Positions 1-15,465 of a stretch of DNA of 64,000 nucleotides are shown here, one piece after another. A model generated the notes under the pieces. The model ran no database searches. It was not told where the DNA came from and was given only the letters and a program-made list of their open reading frames with translations. This DNA comes from Schmidtea polychroa. Taxonomy: Eukaryota. The position numbers and the translations under genes are program-made. The stretch's first letter is position 1. Each line of letters starts with the position of its first letter. The stretch is from positions 16,554,001 to 16,618,000 of the forward strand of contig CM097887.1 in assembly GCA_044892525.1 (NCBI GenBank), written 5' to 3'.

Positions 1-609
1 AAAGCTTAACTTTTTTTGTTTTTATGTTTGCAAAATTAGTGATTATTTCATTGAAGTTTATTTGACTGGTAAGTCCACGTTCGCTGGAAAGTAGATATTA
101 TAATGGTTTAAATAAATTATATTTAAATATAATTAATTATTAGCTTAGTTGTTATCGAGGATAAAAGTAAAATATATATTTAAATAAAAATTTAAAAATT
201 AGAAATTTTTGCGGTGCCCTTGGCATCTGCCCCAATGCTAAGCCTTGTTACGCCACTGCTCTTTTTTTTAATTCTATCTTACGGAACTGTTTTCATAATT
301 TATATAAAACTGAAATTGATGTTGTCGTAACAAAATGTTTCTATTGCAAATTTTATTAATTATTTATAGAAATCTTCTATCTTAAATTAACTCTTACAAA
401 TAAAAATTAGAATAATAATTTATGAGTAGTGTAAAAAATTGAACAAATATAATTGGTGGAAATATTAAATTTATTCAATCAGTGTAGTGTAGACCCTTTT
501 TTGTATTAATAATCCCTGGTTCAATAGAGACCCCCTCATTATAGTCAGAAATCCTTGGCTTTTTAGCGAGAGTCGGATTTTGTATAGAACATCCCTGTTT
601 GAGCAAAAA

Positions 610-688
610 ATTGCCACTGCAGGAATTTCTGTTCTAGGGCGCGGGGGTACCGGATGGTCGTGCAGCGGCGAACTACTAACTACCTACT
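610..688 (-). repeat. Possible terminus of a Polinton-like element (different family)
   Basis: Reverse complement reads AGTAGGTAGTTAGTAGTT..., and the first 12 nt are identical to the main Polinton TIR (AGTAGGTAGTTA). A GC/C-run segment follows. No coding interior seen. Confidence 0.35.
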
Positions 689-1321
689 TAAATTTTATTA
701 ATTATTTTATTATTTATTGAAAGATGTTATACTTGGCATTATTAGCATTAATGTAAAAACATACTTATAGAGACTAGAATAGATGAAACATTTCAAAGTT
801 ACATAAAACTTTGTAATAAAATTAGCAAAACAAAAAATCCGGCTTACGTCTGTAAATATTTTTAATAGCTTTTTTTCTCGGTAATCAAAATTTTTCGGTA
901 ATGTAAGTTTTTAACGATTTTCCAACAAATTTATATTAACAAGTGCTGACTGCACATATTAAAAAATTATAATAATAAATAACTCAGTTGGGGTTATATA
1001 TGGGTAATGTTCTGGGCCCCATGTCGTAGTTCATCATTCAATTGTAACGTGTCAGGCATTAGGTAGTGTTGGGGTCAGTCTGGTCAGAGGGCGCCGAAAT
1101 GTATGCTTTGTCTTGGGCGCCTTTGTGGCCAGGGCCGACCCTGTCTATAGATATTCATTGTTTTGTGTTTAAAATTTCACAACGTTATTAATTTGATTTC
1201 TGTACGAGTCTAAGGACTTTTTATTCCTCCCATGTATATCACAATTTTTTTTAAACAAGTCTTAACTTCTATTTTTACCCATCCATATTCATTTGTTGTT
1301 ATCATTGGTTAAATCTGTTTT

Positions 1322-2129
1322 TTGGCGCGCCCCCAAAACATCGACTTCTAGATAATCAACAACAAAATAATCAACTTCTAATTCATCTTTTGGCGAAAAC
1401 ATCTACTGTCTAAAACATCGAGTCCAAAACATCAACAACAAATACATCGATTGTCAATAAAATCTACTTTTAAAACTTCTAAAACATCGAGTTTTAAAAC
1501 ATCTACAAATTAAAATTAAATTAATTGAGGTTAATTAAACTTTCATCTGATATTAAAATTTGTTGAATTAATTAAATTGATGAAAATATAACGAAAATGT
1601 TTCACGGCACACTGGTTGGGAAGCTATGATATAAACATTTACATTTTATCTGAGTTTATCCGACAAGGTATTTTGACCCCCGAGGAGTACAGGTCACATG
1701 CGGACTGGTCGTACTCAACACACACACACACACACCACGCCCGCACGATTCGTGTAAAAGTCTTTTTTTAGGAAGAAAAGTACACACGAACGGTACTTTA
1801 AGATACAACAGAGGAGTATTAAAATTTGTTGAATTAATTAAATTGATGAAAATATAACGAAAAGAGATGGTTTCAAAATTAAACAAATTAAAAAAAAACT
1901 ATTAAAATTAAAAAAAATGATGAGAGCATTTAATTAAAAACGGTTTTTTAAACTCGATGTTTTAGGCGATTGATGTTCTTGCCTTTTATTACTAGATGTT
2001 ATTGACAGTTGATGTTTTTGACAGTAGATGTTTTTGACAATAGATGTTTTAAGGCCAAAGTAGATCTTTTCACACGCGATGTTTTAAAAATCGATGTACT
2101 AGAAGTCGATTTTATGAGGTGACCCACTG
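1322..2129. mobile_element. Foldback/MITE-like element with AAAACATC(G/T)A subterminal repeats
   Basis: Clustered aaaacatcga/aaaacatcta motifs at 1335-1505 are mirrored by gatgttt/tcgatgtttt motifs at 1950-2110, and atcgacttctag/ctagaagtcgat form an inverted pair. A ~43-bp direct repeat (about 1555-1597 and 1820-1863) flanks an internal insert. Confidence 0.4.
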
Positions 2130-2339
2130 TTTTTTATATCTTAAACGTGTTGAGTTATTATCGTTAAAGTCAGAAAAACACTTTATTAAATGCCAATAAA
2201 TTATGATACAAATGAAGAAATTGAATCCTACATATTCCATGTCGACATTGTTCAGTGATTTTCGTGTGGAACATTAACTCTTGTAGGAGGCCTCCAGTTT
2301 TCCTGGAAAGAAGATGCTACAGAAATAATGTTTCGTACA

Positions 2340-4265
<1,926 letters not shown>

Positions 4266-4487
4266 GCCATAGTCCCACATCGTAAACCCCCAGGCCAGGA
4301 TTTTCGGCGGGCCTCCAAACTATTTACCGCTTGATACTCTACAGGAATTAGGATAAAATAGGGCGGATTAAATGATGGCAAGAAAGTAACATTAAAAATT
4401 TATTAAAAATAAACTACAGTTTTTAGCTTTACATTTAAAAAAAAACATAGACTATGGTAAAAACTTACAATAATATCAAAAATTATC

Positions 4488-7023
4488 TCAAAGTAGACTA
4501 TATTTTCTAGCTTTTGTCAATGCAAATTTTTTAATGACATTAAAATCAACTTTCTTTGCAAAATTATTTTCAATACTTAAAATTGCTAGATGATTGAGTC
4601 GATCTTGACTAGTTGTGCCTATTTGCCATGTTTTTAATGAATTTACCAGCCTGCTGAATAATCTTTCAGCTGAAGAAACCGTAACTGGTACAGTACAAAA
4701 CAGTTTAATTAGCAAATATACCTTCCAGTTTTTTGTCATAATTTCATTAAGAAGTTTAATTGGACTTCTTTCAGTTCCGAAAACTGTTTTGTGAATACTT
4801 TTAAGGTGAAGGATTTCGTGCAGTAAGTCTTCTGACAGATCGGCTTCATATGTTTTTACAAGCTTTGATGCTTTTGCGGTAAGTGAAAATAATTCGCATA
4901 TGGTGTCTGCTGCTTCAAATCTTGTCTTTAAATCATTGATAATATAATCCAATATGGGTAAACCACGGAAAATCTGAGACCTTATTCAGGTTCTATAGCG
5001 GTTTTTCTATTTTCTCCAATTTGAAGTTGCACCCCACACTGCTTCAGCAACTATTTTAGCCTCCTGAAAAAACGTTTACTCGTGTCACGGAAGTGCTGCA
5101 TATCTTGCACCAAGTCTCTTATAAGTGCGGTCTCAACATCCAATGATATTCTTTTACTTTGTATGACAATGTTCTTGTTGTCAATACTTGCTAATATTTT
5201 GTGCCAAAACACTGTCATTAGCAAACCTTTATAAGATCCGAAATATTTTTTCAGAACTTTTGTTGTGTTCAGTGCTGCAGGATTTAAACCTGTACCCATT
5301 TCTCCAAGAAGGATATTTAACACAGCAAATACGCCTGGATAATGTTTGACAATTGGGCGCAACGCTTGAATTCTTTCACTCCACCTTGTTTCTGAAAGAC
5401 TTTGAAGAGATAATGGTACATGTTTTTTTCAGTACTTCCCACTGTGTATGACTGTGAGCCAACAAAGAATAGAAGCTTTCTATATTTCCAAAAACGTTAA
5501 AACGTCTGGATTGATTTTTGCAGCGTTGACTCCTACACGGTTCAATGAATGTGCCCCGCAGGGAGAGAACAACGCACAGTTGTTCATTTCTAAGAAGTGG
5601 TACTTAACACCTTGTATTTCGCCACGCATATTTGCGCCATTATTATAGCTTTGCGAACGGCAATCTTCCAGAGGAATATTGTTTTTTTCCAGGCTTGCAA
5701 GTATTTCTTTAGTTATTTTTACTCCAGTTTTTCCAGTAAAGTTCATGGACTCGATGAAACGTTCATTCGCCTCAAATTGGCTTGAGTTCTGGTTTAGGGA
5801 TATGTCTCTTAGAATTAGGACGTTCTGTTCATTGTGAGAAATATCCGGTGTTGCATCTACTATTATTCTGTAGAAAATTGAGTCTCTTCTTTGGCCTAGA
5901 ATTGTTTGGAGAACTTTGTCTGCACAGAGGGCAATAAACTCGTTTTCAGAATTCCGCGACAAATAATGTGTATGACCTTTCATACTTTTACCTTCCACTT
6001 GATTTTGTTGAACTTTGGCGGGATGTTGTTGTGTCACTTCATCATATTTTCCAATCAATTCTAAAATTTCTAAGAAATTCCCATTATGAACATCTCCAAT
6101 ATGTGTGTTATCTCCATGAAAAGCTAAACCTCTTGATGATAAAAATAATGTTACATCTACAATCCGTTTCAGAAGTGCTTTCCAATAAGTTGACTCACAT
6201 TGAGTTTGCCGTTGTAACTCTTTATCTATTCCATGTCCTTTTAATGTCTGCAATAAGAATTTCCATGATAAATAATGTTTTCTATTTGGAGCACTATTTT
6301 CGTGAGTAGGCAAAATATCATACAACTTTTTCCAAGGTTTATTTCTAGGTGAAAATCCTTCTTGGGCTAAACTGCTTAAAATTTTGCTAATTTGGTCACA
6401 AAAATACGACATGGTAGACAGAAGAGAGCTTCTTTTGATGCACTCCATGTTAACCAATCTCGTGGAAAATGTTCTCTTGTTCTTTTATCTTTCGTTTTCA
6501 TATAGAGTAAAGAAAGTTGAAATTCTCTACCATTAAGATCTCTTGGCAATACCTTATAAATCTTTTGGAATTCTCGAAAGCTGATAGTTTGTACTATCTC
6601 TTGTCGCAGGTTATGCGAGATTACTAGGGGCCAAGTTCCAGGGTCATCATGTTTTACTTCAGAGTTATTAATACAGTCTGCAACTGAAACATTGACTGCA
6701 CCATGTTCTATCACAGGCGATCCTTCCTTAGAATTTTTACTAGCGATTTTTTCTTCAGTTGCAACTGGTTCACAAGTAACAGTTGCGTCTCCTTTGAATG
6801 GTTTTTGAACTTGTGAATCCATTCCACAATGATTTTCTACTTGGACTTCAATGTCATATCTATCATCATCACCACCTTCACTTTGATCTGTATCGGGACC
6901 TATGTTCTTTTCTTTGAAACATTTTGTTATGAACCGAAGACCTTGTGATGCTTTTGATTCTTTCTCAGTTTCTAGTTTCCTCTTCTGAGCGCCAGATTTG
7001 TGTTTATAAATTAAATCAGACAA
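4488..7023 (-). pseudogene. hAT transposase, Tip100/ZMYM1-like, split by frameshifts and stops
   Basis: Collinear pieces: TTF-type Zn finger (WLTWSASKEALFCLPCRIF), DUF4371-like core (FLSSRGLAFHGD..GNFLEILEL; IVDATPDISHNEQ; CRSQSYNNGANM; CGAHSLN), and hAT dimerization domain (TVPVTVSSAERLFSRL..TTSQDRLNHLAILSIE). Confidence 0.85.
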
Positions 7024-7435
7024 AAGCCTTTAATTTATTTTAATTTCAAGTTTTCAACCATAGTTGGTACTTGGTCATTGCAATTGTCTAAAAAATAGCT
7101 AATCAAAATTATCAACCAACCAGCAGGGCAATCACTGCAAGAATGAAAATTTTTGCTTAGAAGTTTGCTTTTTAATACAGCGTGTTTTCGGCGAAAAAAA
7201 TAGGACGGTATAATTTTCTTTGTCAGCATCATCCGAAAAGTGGTCAAATTATAAAATCAAATCAAAAAACTAAAATATTTTTATATACATAAGTTATGGG
7301 GTAGAGAATTATTATATGTTTGCAATATTCTGTGTGTGCCTTTACAGGAAATTGTCAACAAGGAGCGATAATTTACAATTTTATACATACATTCTATATG
7401 TATTGCACATACTTCGCTTAACATGGGTGTATATA

Positions 7436-9963
7436 GTCAGAGTTTATCCGACAAGATATTCTGTCCCCCTATAGGGTTTCGAGCTTAATTAAGGTTAGTA
7501 AATAAAACTTATCACACATACTATTTTTAATAATATTTAAACGATAAAAATCAAGACAAGAGAGGACAAGGCAAAGTTTATGCATTTAGTATTGCCAGGA
7601 CTAATGAGCAGTGACCAAATATCTGTGCCTGAAAGACACGGTCGATATTTGTTCGTGTCCACAAGGGTAGTCTATACCTCCCTCAAGTGGGGTCAGAAGA
7701 ACCTGGGGATTATAGTTTTCCATACGGAACATTACGCCTAGCATGTCTGAGTAGTCAACTACCATAAAATTCGAAACGTATAAAAATACATTACAAAATA
7801 CATGCGTCATTGGCACAATAACCAAATTAATTAATGTTTTCACTAACAACAATATATATTTACAGAGGCCTCCCACTAGTTGGATTACAACCGCCCACTA
7901 CGACGATCAGCTTGTAAATACATATTAATTAAGGGATAAAGAGGACCCACCAACTCTATTATATTTAATTTACAATGGTTTCTCACTCTTCTGGATCTTG
8001 TCTGTAATCTGTCTCAAAATTAATCTCTCCATCGGGCCATTTATTCATGATTTCATAGAATACATCTTGCAAATTGGACGTATTTCTTTGATTAGTGACT
8101 CTGATGCGGTGTCAACTCTCATTGCTAAAATTTGTTTTGATTTAAAACAAAGTGAAATTAACTTACGTTATCTAACATTTTATCGTCACGTGCTTGATAA
8201 ATTAAATTCTGCCTGAGTAAATCCAATAGGCAACTATTTTATTAGATATATACTCTGAGTTTATCCGACAACATATGTTCTCCTTCTATGGGTACTGCTC
8301 GTAAGGTGTTGGTCGTAAGGGTACTGGTCGTAAAGTTATTGGTGTGTTTTAATGATTTTATTTAGGCAAATATTTGGTTATTATTTGGCATTAAATTCAT
8401 TAGTAATTTTTTAGAGTTGATGTTAGCGGGATTTTACTAACATTTTTTGTGAATTTCATGTTAATAGAAAGAATATTTAAAACATTAAGGTTTTAGTGTT
8501 AATTCTAAGACAAATTTAATTAATTTCTTGATAATTTGCTATATTTTATTGACTTGTTTTTAATGAGGTTAATGATTAGAGTTTTTTACAATAGTCAAGT
8601 GATAGGATAAATTTTGATGATGATGATGATGATGACTTTGTAATGATATTGAATTTGACTAAATAAATTTTTCATATATTTTCTAAGAATATTTACACAT
8701 TGATGAACTTTAAAATATTGAAAATCTAAAGTTGAAACCAGCTAATTTTATCTTGATGATGATATATTTGAAATCTACTTGAAAATTATTGTAAAATATA
8801 CTGAAATTCGTGATTTAGTTTGAAAGATATATCATTTTATAATGGCTATATTTAGCTGAATCGATTATCAATTAATATATTTCATCTCTAGTAACGTATT
8901 TGATGGTGAATGTGGTGAAATATTTGTAGAAAATATTGATTTTAGTGAATTTTGATCTTTTAGTGAGCTCTTTGAATTTATCTACTAAAATATTTCAATG
9001 GAAGATTGTTTGTAACAATTAAATAAAATTATATTTTGAAGACTTTTCTATGGATATTAAAATATATTAAAGGGCTCAATTGAGTGAAATTAAGGGATAT
9101 ATTCGGTTGGATTTAGTGAAGGTTAAAATGGTAATATATATGATTTAAGATGTTTAAAGGGGTAGAAATATTTGGTGAGGAATCGGTTAATGTTTTGAAA
9201 TCTCTATTTATATATTCTTATTGGTAAATATCAAGTTTTCAAGGGAAATAGTCAGCTATGAATTAATAATAGTTCCTGTGAAAATTGATCTTTATTGAAG
9301 GAAATTTATGATTTTAATTAGATTTCTAGAAATTAAATCGGTTGAATATCAGTTAATCTATTGAAGGAATATTGTTATCGGATAGATAAATCTTTCAATG
9401 ATATTTTGCTAAATTATCTTTGCTAAATATTATTATTTTAAATGATTAGATTAAATTGATCACACAAAATATCCATGTTTTGGTTACTCGAACATCTTAA
9501 CATATGTATTTCTCGCAAAGATGTACTACGCCCAATGATCATCTCATTAAATTAGAAAAGAATTGTAACCCTATATGAACACGTATTTCTAACTAATAAG
9601 CATCTTAATTGGTTAAATGATAACCATATTATGACTGACTCCTTTAAATATTTTTGCGTCAAAGAAATTTAATCCAAATGATAAAGAATTTAAAACTATC
9701 AATGACCATGTTTTTCTCATATTATTAATAACTATTGTAACGAACAATAGATGAATGAATTACCTTTTGCTTTAAATTTCTAAAAGGTTAACCAAAAAAA
9801 TAGTCGCTCGAAATAAGAATTCGGTAAGTTACATTTAAAATATTCACGAATTTCTAATCATCTAAGAATTTCTAACTGATGTATGCGGCATGTTGAATGT
9901 GATCAGTACCATGGTGACCATTACCCATAGGGGGACATAATATCTTGTCGGATAAACTCAGAC
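7436..9963. mobile_element. Non-autonomous TIR element flanked by TA; further TIR copies at ~1649 and ~8253
   Basis: Left end GTCAGAGTTTATCCGACAAGATATTCTGTCCCCCTATAGGG; right end (reverse complement) GTCTGAGTTTATCCGACAAGATATTATGTCCCCCTATGGG; TATA on both sides. Superfamily undetermined. Confidence 0.65.
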
Positions 9964-10254
9964 TATATAGTCTTTATTGATATATCAAAATACTGTTATT
10001 TTTAAATTAACTAAAAAATACTGAAAAATACTATATTATTTTACTGAATGATACCTTAAATGTTTTTAATTTACCTATTTCTAAAAAAAATCGACAGCTC
10101 AGACCAACAAAATAAAATAATCATGCAAATGATGAAAATGTTGAAAATCATGTAATTGACGTAGAAATTAAGTTTTATGAATATTTAAGTAAATAATAAT
10201 AATGAAACTTCTAAATTAAAATAATAATTAGAACTTTGCAAATAATAATAAAAA

Positions 10255-10256
10255 AA

Positions 10257-10301
<45 letters not shown>

Positions 10302-10473
10302 GGTATATATAATAAAGGTATTTTGGGGAAGAACATTGCTAAATTCCAGGAGATTGACAAGGACTATCTTATAGTCGAAAATTCTTTCATTAAATACATT
10401 ATTTGCAGCAAAAGGCTTAAATTATCATTTTATTGTTTTAAATAATAAATGCTACTACCAAGCAATCATCATT

Positions 10474-10552
<79 letters not shown>

Positions 10553-10555
10553 CAA
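10255..10555. repeat. Two (AAT)n microsatellites
   Basis: Long aat runs at ~10255-10300 and ~10477-10555. Confidence 0.95.
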
Positions 10556-10639
10556 CAAATAGGAGTATTACAACATTTATTTCAAAAATACACTGAATGA
10601 GATTCATCGATTATGACACCACAACTCTGACACCTACTA

Positions 10640-12000
10640 CAATATTATTAAATAATTAACAATTTAAACAAAATTAAATTATTACGTATTCGATAATTTA
10701 AACAAAAATTAAAAATATTATTATATAATCAACGATTTAAACAAAATTAAAATATTATGTAATCGATAATTAAAACAAAAATAAACCGCTGGAACAAAAA
10801 TAGTTGTCTTTGTTACTATAAATAGAACGACCTTGGCGAGTCATCGGATCAATGATCGGATCAAAAATGTTACTAAAAATATATTCAAAATGTTACTAAA
10901 AATAGATATCTTTGTTACTAAAAATATAACGACCTTGATGACTCAGCGACTGAGTCATGGTCTTTGTTTAAATTACCTTGATAATAACCATGATAATAAT
11001 AATAGTAATATTAATAATATTAATAATAAANNNNNNNNNNNNNNNNNNNNNNNNNNNNNNNNNNNNNNNNNNNNNNNNNNNNNNNNNNNNNNNNNNNNNN
11101 NNNNNNNNNNNNNNNNNNNNNNNNNNNNNNNNNNNNNNNNNNNNNNNNNNNNNNNNNNNNNNNNNNNNNNNNNNNNNNNNATATTGAAATTAATAATAAT
11201 AATAATAAATAATAATAATACTATTGATAGTAATAAATAATAAATCCCATGGGCGCGTCATTGTCTTTGTTCTGAAACTGATGAGTCATTGTATTTGTTC
11301 AAAAAATAAATGAGTCATCGATGAGTACTTTTTTTATTACCGTTTGTTTGATATGTATATTATAAGGTTTGAAAAATTTAAACCTTGGATCCTTGGACTC
11401 TTTGACATTCAAACTTGGACCATCATACTCATTTTTGAATTACCTTTTGTTTAATATGTATATTATAAGGTTTTAAAAAATTTGAACCTTGGACCCTTTT
11501 GAGGGTATGACCTTCAAGGGTATGATCATCATACTCACCTTTGTATTACTTTTATTTGACATGTATATGTATAATTTTTATGTATAATTTTTAATATAAT
11601 ATATGTATAATTTATGTATAATATATGTATAATTTTTAAAGGTTTTGGACCATTTGAAGGTTTGAAGGTTCAGGACCATTCATAAACCTTTGAAAGTTAA
11701 ACCATGATACTTACATCTCAAATACCTTTTGTTTGATATGTATATTATGACCTTGATGAGTCATCCAGTGACCGAGATAAGTCATCCAATGACCATGAAT
11801 GAGTAGTGGTCTTTGTTTCAATGACCTTGATGAGTCATCCAATGACCTTGATGAGTCATGATCTTTGTTTCAATGAACTTGATGAGTCATATGTCTTTGT
11901 TTAAAATTTGACCTTGAAAAAAAATATTTTCTTTTACCACCCCCCTGGGGGGGCGGTGTGCCAGAGGTGACATGTGCCAGTGGTGACACATCCTACTACT
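10640..12000 (-). mobile_element. End remnant of a second Polinton family (terminus at 12000, repeat-rich subterminal region)
   Basis: Reverse complement from 12000 reads AGTAGTAGG-ATGTGTCACCACTGGCAC-ATGTCACCTCTGGCAC-ACCGCCCCCCC, the same layout as the main TIR (AGTAG.., a tandem ~17-bp pair, a C-run). 10753-10785 (tatgtaatcgataattaaaacaaaaa) matches the main TIR subterminal repeat. Confidence 0.6.
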
Positions 12001-12818
12001 TAAAGACTCATTCGGCTCAAGGTCTCATGGATCTTTCAACTGAAAGCTTCCAGTCAACCATAAAATGTTGTTCATAAATAAATTCATCTAGCCGCATTTA
12101 TACAATAACCAATTAATTTGTATAAAAATGTCAGCAAAATATAACCTCAACACTCATTCCATTAAAACAAATGTTTGATGCTATTCAAAAACGTACAGAA
12201 ATGATTATAAAGAAAACCTTGATTTTGAATCAATGGCGAGTTGAGCTGCAATTGTTGAAATACAAATTAATTAATTAATTAATTAAAATTGTTAGACATT
12301 AGTTATATTTCTTTGGTCGAGAAAATCATCAAGGTTCACAATTAACATTTATTCATTTATCAATTACAAATAATTGGGAAACATTTTTACCAATGAATTC
12401 TTCCAAATATCTCTTATGTTTAATCAACCGCCTTATGCATTTACATTTCCAAAGGTGCCCTCTATTCGTTACCTTGCTATGCTCATCATGCTTTGGAGAC
12501 CGCCTTTGCGTCGACCGTCGATATATTAGTGACCATGAAAACCTTATAAATACAAAGGGTAAAGGTTCATGCTTACCAATAAACCGACAACATTTGTCTA
12601 ATTTCGGTAAAGTCCCTAAGTTCTGTTGAAAGATCATACATTTGAGTTTTAAACTCCATTTCAAGACAGAAAACATGAATTTATGGCCAGCGATTCTGTG
12701 ACAAACCTGATTTATGTCTGACCTGTCTCATTATATCAGAAAATAACAATTAAATTATTGCATTTTCTCATGCAAAACTTGTATAAAAATGGCATTCATC
12801 CAGTAATGGAGATAGAAA

Positions 12819-13130
12819 ATGAATCTCATCATTGTTTTTGGCGTGTTGATTGTAAGTTGTCAATGTTGGGCAACCCCAAATCAGGATCTGTCTGAGAAAG
12901 TTGAAGATGTAGAAGACGTTGACGATGTAGAAGACGTTGAAGATGTAGAAGACGTTGAAGATGTAGAAGATGTTGAAGTTGTAGAAGACGTTGAAGATGT
13001 TGTAGTTGGAGGTGAAGAAGTTGGAGATGTAGAAGTTGGAGATGCGGTACAAATTTTCAAGAATATTTTTATCGGCAAGCCTGATGATAAAATCTCGGAA
13101 AATCGTAAATTTTACATTGACTTTGTGTGA
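12819..13130 (+). CDS. Small secreted acidic protein with (V-E-D)n repeats, 103 aa
   Basis: Hydrophobic signal peptide MNLIIVFGVLIVSCQCWA, a 9-nt tandem repeat encoding VED, a unique C-terminus, and TATAAAA at 12782-12788. Confidence 0.55.
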   Translation: MNLIIVFGVLIVSCQCWATPNQDLSEKVEDVEDVDDVEDVEDVEDVEDVEDVEVVEDVEDVVVGGEEVGDVEVGDAVQIFKNIFIGKPDDKISENRKFYIDFV

Positions 13131-13667
13131 GTCGTTTGACATTATTTTCTGTATTAGAAACCTCGGTGCAAAATAGCTGTCCGCCTAATGTCCGGCAATG
13201 CCCGAAGAGTCACAGACCTAAATGCAATTTCTGTTATTATTACACAGGGAAAGAATCGGGTTACTGCAGAGAAACTGGAAACGTCAAATGCTTCCAGAAG
13301 CGATAATTTGCAAAAATTAAAAAATTAAAAAATTAAATAATTATCCAACTGTTATTTATTTATTTCTATTTATTTATATTTGAATGACAATATAATACCC
13401 AACAAATTTTAAATGTTATTTTCACAAACAAATGCACAAATTCTGAGCAAATGTCATTGACTCGGTCATTGACATTCAACGGCAACACAACATGGATTTT
13501 CGAAGCCAACTGAGTTTTGGATGACATACGTTTCTCCTTCTGAATTTCAATACTTATTTAAATATTGTAAAACGCTATTGACAAAGTTTTGGGAGCACTT
13601 ACGGGTCTGAAGCTGGATTCTCTGCAATGACAAACATTAAGCCATAAACCAAAACTATCTAACTATT

Positions 13668-14579
13668 TGTTGGGTTATTGAGTTGGTGACAATATTTGTA
13701 AATTCAAACCTTTAATATGGCTCCAAAGCGTGTTTATTAATTCGCAATTCAACACTCTCGAGCACAATAAGCTTTATTAATATCCACACGTAATAGTACA
13801 AATTTCAATTACAACCAATTAACTATAACCAATTTATCACACAGAGCTTATTTCGACACAACGTGAAGAATTGCCCTTTCTGTAACCACAGCAATAATCA
13901 CTAGCCGTCAACTACTCAATCACAGAATATGCTGATCGATTGTTCTATTTGCTTTGACCACACAATTTATTTACTCCACCTTTACTTTATATTCAATTTT
14001 ATACAAGATTCTTGTCACTTCTCTTTTCACTCTGTTTTGATTCCTCTTTTTACTCTGTCGTCTCTAATTTTACTCTACTTTTTGCCTCTAATTTTGTTTC
14101 GTTTTGCTCTCAACTTCGTTCTGTTTCCGTTCTACTTTTCGCTCCAAATTTGTCTAAATTTGCTCTCAATTTGTTCTCTTTTCATGTTCACCAGTTTTCC
14201 TTTATATAGTTCGCTTCTCTTGTGGCACTCCATCTCCTGCTTTCCCCGACTGTCCATTTTTATCTCTGACAGCTGTCAAATTGTTTTTCCCTTTTTCCTT
14301 TCTTGTTCGACCGCAAGCTGTCGAGATAAGGATATTGTTGTTTTCCTTTTTCCCTGATTTCAAAATTCCTTTTCCTTTTTGTACTAATTAATTAGTATTG
14401 ACCTTGATTTTTATTTTCCTGTTTGATAACTTTTATTTCCTTTCTCTTTCTCATTTTTGATTTCTTTTCACTTTCGTTTTCTTTTCTGAGTCTCTATAAA
14501 TTGTCCCATTTGTCAAGGCGATCTTCCCCAGGTAATTTTATTTATTTCTTTATGAATTATTATTTAGGTATTCTCAACA
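13668..14579 (-). mobile_element. Probable 3' LTR of a Ty3/Gypsy element, with PPT at ~14580-14595
   Basis: TGTTG...CAACA termini. On the minus strand it is preceded by gaggacgaaatttttttta-aaggggggagata, a typical Gypsy PPT context. No matching second LTR found. Confidence 0.5.
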
Positions 14580-14849
14580 TATCTCCCCCCTTTAAAAAAA
14601 ATTTCGTCCTCGAAATAAATTAAGATTTTGAAATCTATTTATTTTGTTAGCTACCTTTTTTGTTTTAAAATCCAACAATAAAATAATTATCCCTTCCAAT
14701 AGTTGTTTGATTTATTGCGCATTACATTAATCCCCCTGTTACTTTAATACATATCAATATCCTCTGTGTTTTGATAATAGCATAATGAATAATAATACTC
14801 CTAACAATAATCCTACTGTGACTTGTGATGGCAATAATTCTGACAATAC

Positions 14850-14850
<1 letters not shown>

Positions 14851-14922
<72 letters not shown>
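14851..14922. repeat. (AAT)n microsatellite
   Basis: Perfect aat run. Confidence 0.95.
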
Positions 14923-14923
<1 letters not shown>

Positions 14924-15465
14924 TTGGTGTATGAAGGGAAGAAGAAACTTTCCTTAGTCAGACATACGATCCCATGCATTGGACTCAGACTTATTCCAAC
15001 ATACATCACATGACTTCGTTAATATTCCCTCATGTGAGCCCGTGGCGATGTTTCCACGTTGGTACTGCTCACACGGGTTGGAGTAGGTTAACAGGTGAGC
15101 CCCTACCTTAGGACTGCTATTAAACCCCTCGCGGTACAGGTTCTAAGGTGCCTTAGAAGGACTTACTCGCAATCTCATACATCCTCGGGTCGACCCTGGT
15201 CCAAAAAGACGACCTTCATACAATGCCATACATTTAGTTCATCAATCAAATCGGGTGTTTCACTCATCGTTCTCGAAAAATAACTCAATGGTTATCAAAT
15301 AATTGTATTAATTATACGACACACATAAATTTACAGAACAACAAAGGTTTCACCGAAAATCCAATACACAATCACTAAAGATAAAATGAGAAGTTGTCAT
15401 GTTCTAGAGAGGTGGTCGCGAATACATCCGACAAGGTAGATCAACACTGTCGTCACCTCACGTTA

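Noticed and set aside
1069-1143. hAT-like TIR ends (CAGGGTCGGCCC at ~1143; CAGTGGCGTAAC at ~259) and a piggyBac-like TTAA end at ~3016
   Set aside because: They are single short ends with no partner or TSD identified, too weak to annotate.
12768-13142. Minus-strand FYIFNV-repeat and Ser/Thr-repeat ORFs
   Set aside because: They are antisense readings of the VED repeat; only the plus frame has a signal peptide and TATA box.
13929-14623. Phe/Leu/Ser-rich ORFs (also 18560-18969)
   Set aside because: They come from pyrimidine-rich LTR-like DNA, with compositional bias only.
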